The position numbers and the translations under genes are program-made. From positions 56,360,001 through 56,424,000 of the forward strand of contig NC_086108.1 in assembly GCF_963921235.1 (NCBI RefSeq): 64,000 nucleotides of DNA, in the 5' to 3' direction. Below are positions 1 through 12,075 of this stretch, piece by piece (position 1 is the stretch's first letter; each line of letters begins with the position of its first letter). The notes under the pieces are model-generated. The model was not told where the DNA came from and searched no databases. It saw only the letters and a program-made list of their open reading frames with translations. This stretch comes from Mobula hypostoma. Its lineage: Eukaryota.

Positions 1-1292
1 ATGGACATAGGAGAGCCAGAGGGGGGCATGAGAAGGCTTGGCGAATAATATTAAGGAAAACCTCAACGCATTCTACGTAGTGTATATGTGAAGAAGAGGA
101 AGATGACAAGAGTGCGGGTAGGACCAATCAGGGATAGAAGAGAACCATATGCCTGGAGTCAGCGGAGGTAGGGGAAGTCCTTATTGAAGACTTTGCTTCA
201 GTATTCATTAGTGAGAGGATATTGATGACTGTGAGGACGGCTTAAACTGACTGAGATGCTAGAACATGTCAACATTAAAAAAGAGGGTATGCTGGAATTT
301 TTGAGAAATATTAGGATAGATATGTCTCCAGGACCAGGATATACCTAAGGGATTGCTGCGCCTTTGGCAATGATCATTGTATTCTCAGTCAACACAGCAG
401 TAGTACCAGATGATTGAGGGGAGTAAATTTTATTCCGTTGTTCAGGAATGGGAGTAAGGATAACCCAACATTATAGACTAGTGAATCTCACAACAATGGT
501 AGGAAAATTATTGCAGAAGATTTTTGGAAACAGGATTTATGAACATTTGGGGAAGCATACTGTGATTAAGGATGGTCAGCATGGCTTAGTAAAGGACAGG
601 TCATGTCTCATAAGCCTGACTGAATTCTTTGGGTATGTAACAAAACACAGTTATGAAGGTGGAACACAATGGATATGGTGTGTATGAATTTTAGTAAGAC
701 ATTTAGTAAGGTTCCCCATGGTAGGCTCATTCAGAATGTCAGGAGGCATGGGATTCAGGGACATTTGACTGTGTGGATTCAAAATTGCCTTGCCCATATA
801 AGGTAATTGTAGATGGAGCGTATTCTGCCTGGAAGTCAGTGACGAGTAGTTTTTCACAGGGATCTGTTCTGGTACCCCTGCTCTTTGAGATTTTTATAAA
901 TAACTTTGATGAGGAAGTAGAAAGGTGGGTTAGTAAACTTACAGAAGACACGATTGTTGACATTGTTGTGGATAGTGTAGAAGTTTGTTGAGGGTTACAA
1001 AGGACATTGATAGGATGCATTGCTGGGCTGAGAAGTGGTAGATGGAGTTCACTGCCGAAAAGTGTGAAATGATTCACTCTGGAAGGTTGAATTTGAAGAT
1101 AGAGTACAGGATTAATGGCAGATTCGTAGAAGTGTGGAGGAACGGAGGGATCTTGGAGTCCATGTCCATAGATCCCACAAAGTTGCCACGCAGGTTGATG
1201 TGGTTGTTAAGAAGGCATATTGTATGCTGGCCTTCATTAGTCACGGGATTGAGTTGAAGAGCTGCAAGCTAACGTTGCAGCTCTATAAAACT
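1..1292 (+). mobile_element. Degenerate CR1 LINE ORF2 (RT) fragment, 3' end missing
   Basis: Frameshifted RT motifs (YRLVNLTT, QHGLVK, QGSVL.PLLF.IFIN, RDLGVHV). Ends abruptly at the junction with the opposite-strand CR1. Confidence 0.9.
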
Positions 1293-3340
1293 CACTCACC
1301 CAACCTATCCAAGTCACCCTGCATCCTCTTAGCATCCTCCTCACAGCTAACACTGCCGCCCAGCTTCGTGTCATCCGCAAACTTGGAGAAGCTGCATTTA
1401 ATTCCCTCATCTAAGTCATTAATAGATATTGTAAATAACTGGGGTCCCAGCACTGAGCCTTGCGGTACCCCACTAGTCACTGCCTGCCATTCTGAAAAGG
1501 TCCCGTTTATTCCCACTCTTTGCTTCCTGTCTGCCAACCAATTCTCTATCCACATCAATACCATACCCCCAATACCGTATGCTTTAAGTTTGCACACTAA
1601 TCTCCTGTGTGGGACCTTGTCAAAAGCCTTTTGAAAATCCAAATATACCACATCCACTGGTTCTCCCCTATCCACTCTACTAGTTACATCCTCAAAAAAT
1701 TCTGTGAGATTTGTCAGACATGATTTTCCTTTCACAAATCCATGCTGACTTTGTCCGATGATTTCACCACTTTCCAAATGTGCTGTTATCACATCTTTGA
1801 TAACTGACTCTAGCATTTTCCCCACCACCGATGTTAGGCTAACTGGTCTATAATTCCCCGGTTTCTCTCTCCCTCCTTTTTTAAAAAGTGGGGTTACATT
1901 AGCCACCCTCCAATCCTCAGGAACTAGTCCAGAATCTAAAGAGTTTTGAAAAATTATCACTAATGCATCCACTATTTCTTGGGCTACTTCCTTAAGCACT
2001 CTTAGATGCAGACCATCTGGCCCTGTGGATTTATCTGCCTTTAATCCCTTCAATTTACCTAACACCACTTCCCTACTAACATGTATTTCCCTCAGTTCCT
2101 CCATCTCGCTAGACCCTCTGTCCCCTACTATTTCCAGAAGATTATTTATGTCCTCCTTAGTGAAGACAGAACCAAAGTAGTTATTCAATTGGTCTGCCAT
2201 GTCCTTGTTCCCCATGATCAATTCACCTGTTTCTGACTGTAAGGGACCTACATTTGTCTTAACCAATCTTTTTCTTTTCACATATCTGTAAAGGCTTTTA
2301 CAGTTAGTTTTTATGTTCCCTGCCAGTTTTCTCTCATAATCATTTTTCCCTTTCCTAATTAAGCCCTTTGTCCTCCTCTGCTGGACTCTGAATTTCTCCC
2401 AGGCCTTAGGTGAGCCGCCTTTCCTGGCTAATTTGTATGCTTCTTCTTTGGAATTGATACTATTCCTAATTTCCCTTGTCAGCCACGGGTGCACTACCTT
2501 CCCTGGTTTATTCTTTTGCCAAACTGGAATGAACAATTGTTGTAGTTCATCCATGCGATCTTTAAATGCTTGCCATTGCATATCCACCGTCAACCCTTTA
2601 AGTATCATCTGCCAGTCTATCTTAGCTAATTCACGTCTCATACTTTCAAAGTTACCCTTCTTTAAGTTCAGAACCGTTGTTTCTGAAATCACTATGTCAC
2701 TCTCCATCTTAATGAAGAATTCCACCATATTATGGTCACTCTTACCCAAGGGGTCTCTCACGACAAGATTGCTAATTAACCCTTCCTCATTGCTCAATAC
2801 CCACTCTAGAATGGCCTGCTCTCTAGTTGGTTCCTCGACATGTTGGTTCGAAAAACCATCTCGCATACGTTCCAAGAAATCCTCTTCCTCAGCACCCTTA
2901 CCAGTTTGGTTCACCCAATCTATATGTAGCTTGAAGTCACCCATTATAACTGCTGTTTCTTTATTGCACACATTTCTAATTTCCTGTTTAATGCCATCCC
3001 CAACCTCACTACTACTGTCAGGTGGCCTGTACATAACTCCCACCAGCGTTTTCTGCCCCTTAGTGTTATGCAGCTCTACCCATATTGATTCCACATCCTC
3101 CCGGCTAATGTCCTTCCTTTCTATTGCGTTAATCTCCTCTCTAACCAGCAATGCTACCCTACCTCCTTTTCTTTCATGTCTATCCCTCCTGAATATTGAA
3201 TATCCCTGAATGTTGAGCTCCCATCCTTGGTCACCCTGGAGCCATGTCTCTGTGATCCCAACTATATCATATTCATTAATAACAATCTGCACTTTTAATT
3301 CATCCACCTTGTTACGAATGCTCCTTGCATTGACAGACAA
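1292..3340 (-). CDS. CR1 ORF2: APE endonuclease + reverse transcriptase, uninterrupted 682 codons but C-terminally truncated
   Basis: Endonuclease motifs NARS, ITETWL, YRPP, MGDF, SDH. RT motifs [41 protein letters not shown]. Confidence 0.93.
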   Translation of the reverse strand: MSVNARSIRNKVDELKVQIVINEYDIVGITETWLQGDQGWELNIQGYSIFRRDRHERKGGRVALLVREEINAIERKDISREDVESIWVELHNTKGQKTLVGVMYRPPDSSSEVGDGIKQEIRNVCNKETAVIMGDFKLHIDWVNQTGKGAEEEDFLERMRDGFSNQHVEEPTREQAILEWVLSNEEGLISNLVVRDPLGKSDHNMVEFFIKMESDIVISETTVLNLKKGNFESMRRELAKIDWQMILKGLTVDMQWQAFKDRMDELQQLFIPVWQKNKPGKVVHPWLTREIRNSINSKEEAYKLARKGGSPKAWEKFRVQQRRTKGLIRKGKNDYERKLAGNIKTNCKSLYRYVKRKRLVKTNVGPLQSETGELIMGNKDMADQLNNYFGSVFTKEDINNLLEIVGDRGSSEMEELREIHVSREVVLGKLKGLKADKSTGPDGLHLRVLKEVAQEIVDALVIIFQNSLDSGLVPEDWRVANVTPLFKKGGREKPGNYRPVSLTSVVGKMLESVIKDVITAHLESGEIIGQSQHGFVKGKSCLTNLTEFFEDVTSRVDRGEPVDVVYLDFQKAFDKVPHRRLVCKLKAYGIGGMVLMWIENWLADRKQRVGINGTFSEWQAVTSGVPQGSVLGPQLFTISINDLDEGIKCSFSKFADDTKLGGSVSCEEDAKRMQGDLDRLGE

Positions 3341-4750
3341 AGCCTTCAGGCTTGCTTATACAATTACGTCGAAAAGTGGCCCTTTTTGATTTTTGCCCTG
3401 GATTTGCCGGCCTGCCACTTTTACTTTTCACCTTACTACTTTTTGCTTCCACCCTCATTTTACACCCCTCTGTCTCTCTGCACTTGTTCCCATCCCCCTG
3501 TTGTGAACTAACCTCCTCTCTCCCAGTCTCTTTAATTTGATTCCCACCCCCCCAACCATTCTAGTTTAAAGTCACCTCAGTAGCCCTCACAAATCTCCCA
3601 GCCAGGATATTGGTCCCCCTAGGATTCAAGTGTAACCCGTCCTTTTTGTACAGGTCACACCTGCGCCAAAAGAGGTCCCAATGATTCAAAAACTTAAATC
3701 CCTGCCCCCTGCTCCAATCCCTCAGCCACGCATTTATCCTCCACCTCATTGCATTCTCACTGTCGCGTAGCACAGGCAGTAATCTTGAGATTACTACCTT
3801 TGCAGTCCTTTTCCTCAACTCCCTTCCTAACTCCCTATATTCTCCTTTCAGGACCTCTCCCCTTTTCCTACCTATGTCATTGGTACCCATATGTACCACA
3901 ACCTCTGGCTCCTCACCCTCCCACTTCAGGATCTCTTGGACGTGATCAGAAATATCCCGGACCCAGGCACCAGGGATGCAAACTACCATCCGGGTCTCCG
4001 GACTGCGTCCACAGAATTGCCTATCTGACCCCCTTACTATCAAGTCCCCTATTACTACTGCCCTCCTCTTCCCTTCTCTACCCTTCTGAGCTACAGGGCC
4101 AGACTCTGTGCTAGAGGCACGGCCACTGTCACTTCCCCCAGGTAAGCTGTACCCCCCCCCAACAGTACTCCTATTGTCAAGGGGTACAGCCACTGTGGTA
4201 CTCTCTATTACCTGACTCTTCCTCTTCCCCCTCCTAGCTGTGACCTACTTGTCTGCCTCCCGTGGCACCGGTGTGACCACCTGCCTGTAACTCCTCTCTA
4301 TCAACTCCTCACTCTCCCTGACAAGACAATGGTCATTGAGCTGCAGCTCCGGTTCCTTAGCGCAGTCTCCTAGGAGCTGCATCTTGGCGCACCTGGCGCA
4401 GATGTGGACGTGCGGGTGGCCTGGAGACTCCAGGACCTCCCACATCTGGCACCGAGAACAACAATCTGCTCTATAATACACTCATACTTCCCCCTCCTCA
4501 AATAACAACAAAAAATGAATACCAAACCCTCGTCGCCTCGCCCATTTCCGCCTAAGCCCGTTGAGCTGAAGCCCTTAAGCCTTCACTCTGCTCCCGGCTC
4601 ACTCCACAGCTCGCAAACTACGCTGCCCACTGTATAAGGCTCTGTTCCTTTTAAATCTTCCACGCTTCACTGCCTGACGTCACACGCCTGCGCAGCCCCG
4701 CCTCTCTGAACACCGATGAAAAAAAAACCGAAGAATTCAAAAATGGCTTG
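1293..4750 (-). mobile_element. Young CR1 LINE with 5'UTR, ORF1 and most of ORF2; 3' truncated
   Basis: CpG-rich 5'UTR, Cys-rich plus SGNH esterase ORF1, and APE-RT ORF2. The 5' boundary is approximate. Confidence 0.93.
3561..4481 (-). pseudogene. CR1 ORF1 (Cys-rich finger/coiled coil + SGNH esterase), split by a stop at 4245 and a frameshift
   Basis: CSRCQMW...ICARC, then VIGD(L)IVRG, GTNDI and DGLHLN esterase blocks. Confidence 0.85.
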
Positions 4751-4758
4751 CTCCGCAT

Positions 4759-4920
4759 GTGTCTAGATAGGCACATGGATGATGGAAAAATGGAGGGATA
4801 TGTGGAAAAATGGAGAGATATGTGGAAGGAAAGGGTTAGATTGATTTTAGATTAGGTTAAAAGGTCAGCACAACATTGTGGGCCAAAGGACCAGTACCAT
4901 GCTGAAATGCTCTATGTTCC
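4759..4920 (+). mobile_element. CR1 3'-end fragment
   Basis: ctagataggcacatggat...cacaacattgtgggccaaaggacc...tctatgttc matches the 3' ends of other CR1 copies in the window. Confidence 0.7.
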
Positions 4921-5217
4921 AAAAGTTTAGATTTTATTAAACATACCTTTGGGTGGAAATCAAAACACATTCCTGGCGCTTGGCGAGATATGGATGCTTC
5001 ACTCTTCTTTTCTTTATCAGTAATAATTTTTTTAGATGTCTGTACACTTGTTCGTTTTATCCTCATTAAATCTGGGGTATAAAATGAATGTTACACAATG
5101 AAACATCATGAGTTCACATTCCTGTGATAACAGCACAAGTGAGGATTTATTTATTTATTTGCCTGAAACTTATTCAGCCTCAGCCAAATAAATAAATAAG
5201 AAATTGTAATGAATTAT

Positions 5218-5433
5218 GGGCTGTCTGGAGGTGTAGTGACATCAGCAAGGGACTTCAAGGCAGATGACCCTGAGTTCAAACCCAGCCGGGTCCCAGCCTG
5301 GGCAGCAGCAGTATCTGCGTGGGAGAAAGACCTGGCAATCTACTTCTGTATCTTGTCATGAAAACTCTATGAACCCTATGGTCCACGAGGTCACAAAGAG
5401 TTGGACTCGACTAAACAACTGAACAACAACAAC
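5218..5433 (+). mobile_element. tRNA-derived SINE with RTE/BovB-like tail
   Basis: tRNA-like head with B box (GAGTTCAAACC). Tail GGTCACAAAGAGTTGGACTCGACTAAACAACTGAAC(AAC)n. 10-bp TSD AATGAATTAT at 5208-5217 and 5434-5443. Confidence 0.85.
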
Positions 5434-5616
5434 AATGAATTATAATGTACAAATACTTGTTTTAAGTGAAATTTAACCTTGGAACTGAAGCTGCAAAATT
5501 GAAGCCTCAATTCCTTATTCAGTTGTACTTTACAGACAACTTAAGAGTAGCAAAATAAACAGTAATTTACTGCTTCTTCCCATCTCCAACACTCTATGAT
5601 TGGATTCAAGGCTTAC

Positions 5617-5774
5617 CGGATGATTCCAGTCCTTTTGCAAGAGTCCATTTGGCAATCCTACCATCTGCAGCAATAGAGAACAATGTCCCTTCCTTTTCAT
5701 CCCCTTTGGAATTTCTATCCTGTTCAGTCCACTTCAGTTGCCAGACAGGGCCAATGTGCTTATTCATATCATTA
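5617..5774 (-). CDS. DNAI4: DNAI4/WDR78 coding exon (last in window; gene continues past position 1)
   Basis: Encodes NDMNKHIGPVWQLKWTEQDRNSKGDEKEGTLFSIAADGRIAKWTLAKGLESS. tttgtAG/GTAAGC sites, 158 nt. Confidence 0.96.
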
Positions 5775-6682
5775 CTACAAATGATAAAAATGACAATTTT
5801 TTTCTAAAGTCCCCAATTGAAATATGATTTTCAACTTTTTAAGAGTACTTGTCCATGAACAACAAACAAGGTGTTGCTGACATTCATCACCACCACCCAC
5901 ATTTCACATCCTGGAGTCACCCCATACCCAAACTTGCCAGGTCCACTATCCTGCACAGTCAAAGTGTCCCAGATCCCAGTATTTGGACCTAATGCACTAA
6001 GGAAGAACTGCTACCAAGGTTTCCCTGAAACCCTTGACAAATGCAACTGCCGTGGCCCTGACTTGTCTAGATGCGAAAAATTAAAAATAAAGAAATTCAA
6101 AATCACTATTGAAATTAATGGAATTGAATATATGGTGTACTTAACCATACACCACTAAATATTGACAAGTGAGTTTGGGATTTCCAATGTGGGGAAGTTT
6201 GAAAATATGGATTTGCTGCCATTTAAACTGGTAAATGCCAGTGGTTCTATATCACTGCAAATAACTTAATACAGGTTCCAGCTTATTAAAGGGCTAATAG
6301 TTACAAAGATAGCTGGTGATCATTCAACTGAGAGGCAAATAAACACTTGGTTAAAATTATTTCAGTGCTCTAAAAACAACAGAATGAATCTTAACTTTGG
6401 CTGATAGATCCAAATGGAATTGCCAACATTCAAACAATTCCGCAGTGGTAAATCCTTGAGTTAGATGGAGACACTGTATGCCCAAATGCATTAAATAGTA
6501 TTTAGCGCCTTATTTCTTACTACAATCTGTTACTGGAACCAAGTCTTGTGGAGTGCATCTCTCTTTTGACTTAGCAGTCAGAACTGCATAAGTTCAGGAA
6601 CTCAACCAATTCAGGAAAAAAGATAAAAGATGATGCTCAGCACCGCATTGTCATGGTAACCAAAATAATTTGGTGATCTCAC

Positions 6683-6834
6683 CTGCTGTCCAGAAGCAAT
6701 CCATTTTCAGAGTTGCGTACATTGTAGATAGCCACAAGTCCATTGTAGAAGCCAACTGCCAGCAGATTGGGGCTATCCGAAGAGAAATCCAATGCTGTAA
6801 CACCACTTTCACAGTGATAGACGCGCTCAGGCCA
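6683..6834 (-). CDS. DNAI4: DNAI4/WDR78 coding exon
   Basis: Encodes WPERVYHCESGVTALDFSSDSPNLLAVGFYNGLVAIYNVRNSENGLLLDS. AG/GTGAGA sites, 152 nt. Confidence 0.96.
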
Positions 6835-7314
6835 CTAGTACAAATGCAAATGTACATTTTTTGAGGGTGGAAGTAGTAGTACATCAATTATCACATTCTG
6901 ATTGAAAAACATTGTTCTTCTAAAGAAATGGAATTTCCCCGAATAATAATTGAGAGATGTAAAATGGGTTGCTAAATTACCCTCAACTCATACACTATCA
7001 CACAAAATCAAAACCTGCACTAGTACTTGGAACGTGAAAAAAGGGAACTATGGAATGCATTTGTGTACCACAGGATGGTAGGGATTCCTGCCTGATTACC
7101 AGCACAGTTGCAGATTTTTTTTATATATAAATGCAGGAGAAATGCAGATATGACATTTTGGACTGGAGGACCAAGAGGACTATAACAAATCATTACTCTG
7201 CAGAGCAGTGCTAAGTTGTGCACAAGTGTATTCCTAAAGAATTCAACTAATTCAGTAGATTTTTGGAAATGTAGAGTCATAGAACACTACAGCACAAAAG
7301 TAAGAGTAAGGGGA

Positions 7315-9405
7315 AATATGAAGCTATCAGGCAGGAACTTGGAAGCATAAATTGGGAACAGATGTCCTCAGGGAAATGTACGGCAGAAATGTGGCAAATG
7401 TTCAGGGGATATTTACGTGGTGTTCTGCATAGGTATGTTCCAATGAGACAGGGAAAGGATGGTAGGGTACAGGAACAGTGATATACAAGGCTGTTGAAAA
7501 TCTAGTCAAGAAGAAAAGCTTATGAAAGGTACAAAAAAACTAGGTAATGATACAGATCTAGAAAATTATAAGCCTAGCAAGAAGGAGTTTAAGAATGAAA
7601 TTAGGAGCCAGAAGGGGCCATGAGAAGGCCTTGGCAAGCAGAATTAAGGAAAACCCCAAGGCATTCTACAAGTATGTGAAGAGCAAGAGGATAATACATG
7701 AGAGAATAGGACCAATCAAGTGTGACAGTAGAAAAGTGTGCATGGAACCGGAGGAGATAGCAGAGGTACTTAATGAATACTTTTGCTTCAGTATTCACTA
7801 TAGAAAAGGACCTTGGCGATTTAGGGACGACTTACAGTGGACTGAAAAGCTTGAGCATCTGGACATTAAAGAGGATGTGCTGGAGCTTTTGGAAAGCATC
7901 AAGTTGGATAAGTCACCAGGACCATACGAGATATACCCCAGGCTACTGTGAGAGGCGAGGGAGAAGATTGCTGAGCCTCTGGCAATGATCTGGGAGAAGT
8001 TCAGGAGGATTGGAGGGCTGCAGATGTTGTTCCCTGATTCAAGAAAGGGAGTAGAGATAGCGTAGGAAATTATAGACCACTGAGTCTTACTTCTGTGGTT
8101 GGTAAGTTGATGGAGAAGATCCTGAGAGGCAGGATTTATGAACATTTGGAGAGGTATAATACGATTAGGAATAGTCAGCATGGCTTTGTCAAAGGCCTTA
8201 GCAGCCTGATTGAAATTTTTGAGGATGTGACTAAACACGTTGATGAAAGTAGAGCAGTAGATGTAGTGTATATGGATTTCAGCAAGGCATTTGATAAGGT
8301 ATACCATGCAAGGCCTATTGAGAAAGTAAAGAGGCATGGGATCCAAGGGGACCTGGCTTTGTGGATCCAGAATTGGCTTGCCCACAGAAGGCAAAGAGTG
8401 GTTGTAGACAAGTCATATTCTGCATGGAGGTCAGTGACCAGTGGTGTGCCTCAGGGATCTGTTTTGGGATCCCTTCTCTTTGTGACATTTATAAATGATC
8501 TGGATCAGGAAGTGGAGGGATCGGTTAGTAAATTTGCTGTGGACACAAAGGTTGGGGGTGTTGTGGATAGTGTGGAGGGCCGTCAGAGGTTACAGCGGGA
8601 CATTGATAGGATGCAAAACTGGGCTGAGAAGTGGCAGATGGAGTTCAACCTAGATAAGTGTGAGGTGGTTCATTTTGGTAGGTCAAATATGATGGAAGAA
8701 TATAGTATTAATGGTAAGACTCTTGGCAGTGTGGAGGATCAGAGGGATCTTGGAGTTCAAGTCCATAGGACACTCAAAGCTGCTGTGTGGTTATGAAGGC
8801 ATACAGAGTATTGGCCTTCATCAACCATTGGATTGAGTTCATTGAAAGGTAATGTTACAGCTATATAGAACACTGGTCAGAAACCACTTGGAGTATTGTG
8901 TTCAGTTCTAGTCACCTCGCTACAGGAAGGATGTGGAAACTTTCAAAAAGGTGCAGAGGAGATTTACAAGGATGTTGCCTGGATTGGGGAGCATGCTTTA
9001 TGAGAATAGGTTGAGTGAACTTGGCCTTTTCTCCTTGAAGCGGCAAAGGATGAGAGGTGACCCTCTAAAGGCGTATAAGATGATGGAAGGCATTGATCGT
9101 GTGGATAGTCAGAGGCTTTTTCCCAGGGCTGAAATGGCTAACTCGAGAGGGCACAGTTTTAGGGTGCTTGGAAGGAGATGTCAGGGGTAAGTTTTTTATG
9201 CAGAGAGTGTTGAGTGTGTGGAATGGGCTGCCCGTGGCGGTGGTGGAGGCAGATACAATAGTGGCTTTTAAGAGTCTCTTGGATAGGTCCATGGACCTTA
9301 AAAAATAGAGGGCTATGGGTAACCCTAGGTAATTTCTAAAGTAAGTACATATTCGGCACAGTATTGTGGGCCGAAGGGCCTATATTGTGCTGTAGGTTTT
9401 TTATG
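7315..9405 (+). mobile_element. 5'-truncated CR1 LINE (ORF2 RT to 3'UTR)
   Basis: ORF pieces [42 protein letters not shown], followed by a CR1 3' end. Confidence 0.9.
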
Positions 9406-11155
9406 TTTTCGAAACAGGGCCTTCAGTCCAAGTGGTCTCTGTCGAACCATTAGCCATATGAAAAAACGTAACTGAAAGAATGTCAGTGTAGGTGTGTAGA
9501 TCTGCATAAAGGCCTCAAAAAGCATCGATCTAATATTCACCTTTTTTTTTATATATATTGTACATATTAATAGATTGCAACTCTGTCAAATAGACTTATT
9601 TCTTGAAGCTCATCTTAAATTGGAGACAAGTGCTTCTAAAAAGGTAGAGACTGCTGCAGGGAAACAAGATAGCTGATGATAAGTTGGGTAGAAGTTTTCA
9701 GGTTGACAAGCAGTGATCTAAATAAACATATCCTTCTTCATAGTAAGCCATTATAAAAATACAGTATTCATCTGAAATGTGGGGAAGTTGCTCACCCTAG
9801 TTTTATGATTATGTGAAGTAAGCTGCATGTATTCTGTAAATAGTGTTTGTAGCACAAAAGAAATTGATCTAAATAAAATCAAATAGTTTTCACTAGTTTT
9901 CACTGCTAGCAACATTTTATACATCCCATGGGCAAATTGGAGTCCCCATGTGCCACCTAGGCACTAAGGGTTCAGACGATGATGACGGTGGGTACCAATT
10001 GGAACCAATGCTTCAAAACCATGCACCATGTAGTTACCATGGTTACTTTAACAGAATCTTCTGCCAAGAAGGACAAAAGCAACAAGTTCATCAGAAAACA
10101 ACCAACAGCAGGTTCCTCTCAGAGATACACACCTCCCTTGCTTGGAAATATACATCTATTCCTTCCACGTTAACAGGCCCCAGTCCTATAACTCCCCACT
10201 CAACAGCAGTGAGGGAAGACAGCAGAAAGGCTGTATAAGTTCAGGAACCTTGCCGTAATCTTTTCAAGGATGATGAAGGATGGGTAATGTGCTGTCTTGC
10301 CCACATTACAATAAACTGGTTAAATACAAAATTGCATTCTTCTGATCCTACTTATTTTCTTAAACAATAAAATTTGGTCACGCAATACAATCTATTCTTA
10401 TTATCTCATCCTGCAGGAATAACTAGAAGCAACATGGTAAACTAGGTAGCAAATGTAGTCACAGTTAGCAGTAGTTCATTAAGTTCGGTCTGCTTAAAGA
10501 AATCTAGATTTAAACATGATGGCATCAGCTACCATGCTGCCCCTAAAGCCTGCTCATCCATTCAATAAAATCATGGATGACCTGACTGTACCCGAACTCC
10601 AAATGACTAACTGTCCCTAGTAACCCCATGTTTTTCAATAATTAATCTAACTTCAGCTTAAAATTACTCTATGATACTGTTTCCACCACCCTTGAGGAAA
10701 GAGAATTCCAAGGACCCTCAACCCTCTGAGAATAACTTTGCTTCATAAGTTTAAAAAAAACAACAAAATGTTGAAAATAAAGGGGACATTAGACAGCATC
10801 TGTGGAAAAATGAACAGAAGTGAGGAAAATGAACAGAAGTGACACTTCAGGTCAAAAATTCTTCATTATTCACTTCATCTCCATCTTAAGTGGGCAATAC
10901 GCTTATTCTGAAGCAGTATCCCATAGTTATAAATTTTCCATAAGAGGAAACATTCTCCCCAAACTCATCATGTCAAGAGCCCTCAGGATATTTTCAATCA
11001 AATCAATTTGCACTCTTATGACCTCCAGTGGTTACGAGTCTAGCCTAGATCCCAATATTTTCCCACAAGACAACATGCCTATTCCATGTATCAGTCTACA
11101 AAGTTTCTTTAAGAAGTAATTACATCCTCCCTTAAATAAGGGGATCAATATCATA

Positions 11156-11922
11156 TAGTCATAGTAGGCAGCCATCAATCTCAGGGGATCATAGGTTTGT
11201 GCCTCTGGTGGACTGTGTCCTCTCCAGGGCACAAGCCTGTTGGGGGTGGGGGGGGTGAAGAACCGGCTGTTGCCCATACAGCGAGTTCCCCTCTCCACAC
11301 CACTGATGTAGTCCAAGGGAAGGGCATGCACTGATACAGCTTGGCACCAGTGTCGTCACAGAGGCTGCCAGAGTGAAATTGTAAACAACATCAAACTGCC
11401 TTTATGGAAATGAACAGTCAACATTTCAGGCCAAGACCCTTCGTCAGGATGAAGGGTCTCGGCCCAAAACGTTGACTGTTCGCTTCCACAAATGCTGCCC
11501 GACCTGCTGAGTTCCTCCAGCGTGTTATGTGTGTTGCTTTGACCCCAGCGTCTGCAGAGTATTTTGTGTTTACGATCGAACTGCCTTGGGACTCTGGCTC
11601 CTCAGGGTTTACTCCTGAAGCCTTTCCCATGAGTGGGTATGGCCACAATGCAGCGGAAGTTTAAAATCAGAGTTTTCCTTCTCCTAGGCAGGCTTCCATC
11701 CAAGGCTAACGAGCCCCACCTTCCCGAGGCACCTAGTTTTGAGGTGCCAATGGTCAACCTTTGCCACTTCTCTTGTCCGTAGAAACAGTTCTTCTGGGCC
11801 TGGTAGCTAAGCCACACATGTAGGCCAAGAGTTGGACTTGGTTGTCAGAAGCTGTTAAGAGTCTTACACCATTTGGAGCTCTCTATACCCACTACCACCC
11901 CCAGCTATGACAACATTAAACA
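11156..11922 (-). mobile_element. Non-autonomous RTE-like element (5'UTR-like part + 3' tail), interrupted by a Penelope-like insert
   Basis: Minus-strand 3' end gattgatggctgcctac(tatgac)-type tail. Block AGAAGGAAAACTCTGAT..AAAC.TCCGCTGC shared with 26255-26620. Imperfect TSD aatatcata/aacatcata. Confidence 0.6.
11403..11574 (+). mobile_element. Short Penelope-like terminal insertion with inverted 5' segment
   Basis: Inverted repeat at 11412-11481 of the hammerhead-like motif. 13-bp TSD ATCAAACTGCCTT/ATCGAACTGCCTT (11390-11402, 11575-11587). Confidence 0.8.
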
Positions 11923-12075
11923 AACATCATACGCTGTACGTTATTTTAGATGTGACATCACCAATGTTCTATACAACTTAAACATAAACTTAACCTTATA
12001 ACTTAAACTTATATTCAAACACCTGGCAATAAATTATAATATTCTATTTACTCTTCTAATTACTTGTTGTGCCTA

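Noticed and set aside
1134..1634. 166-aa ORF spanning the CR1/CR1 junction
   Set aside because: Chance read-through from a decayed RT fragment into the antisense strand of another CR1.
2433..3209. 258-aa plus-strand ORF, and similar ORFs such as 7798-8394 and 55035-55565
   Set aside because: Antisense shadows of LINE/Gypsy coding sequence, with no independent domain signal.
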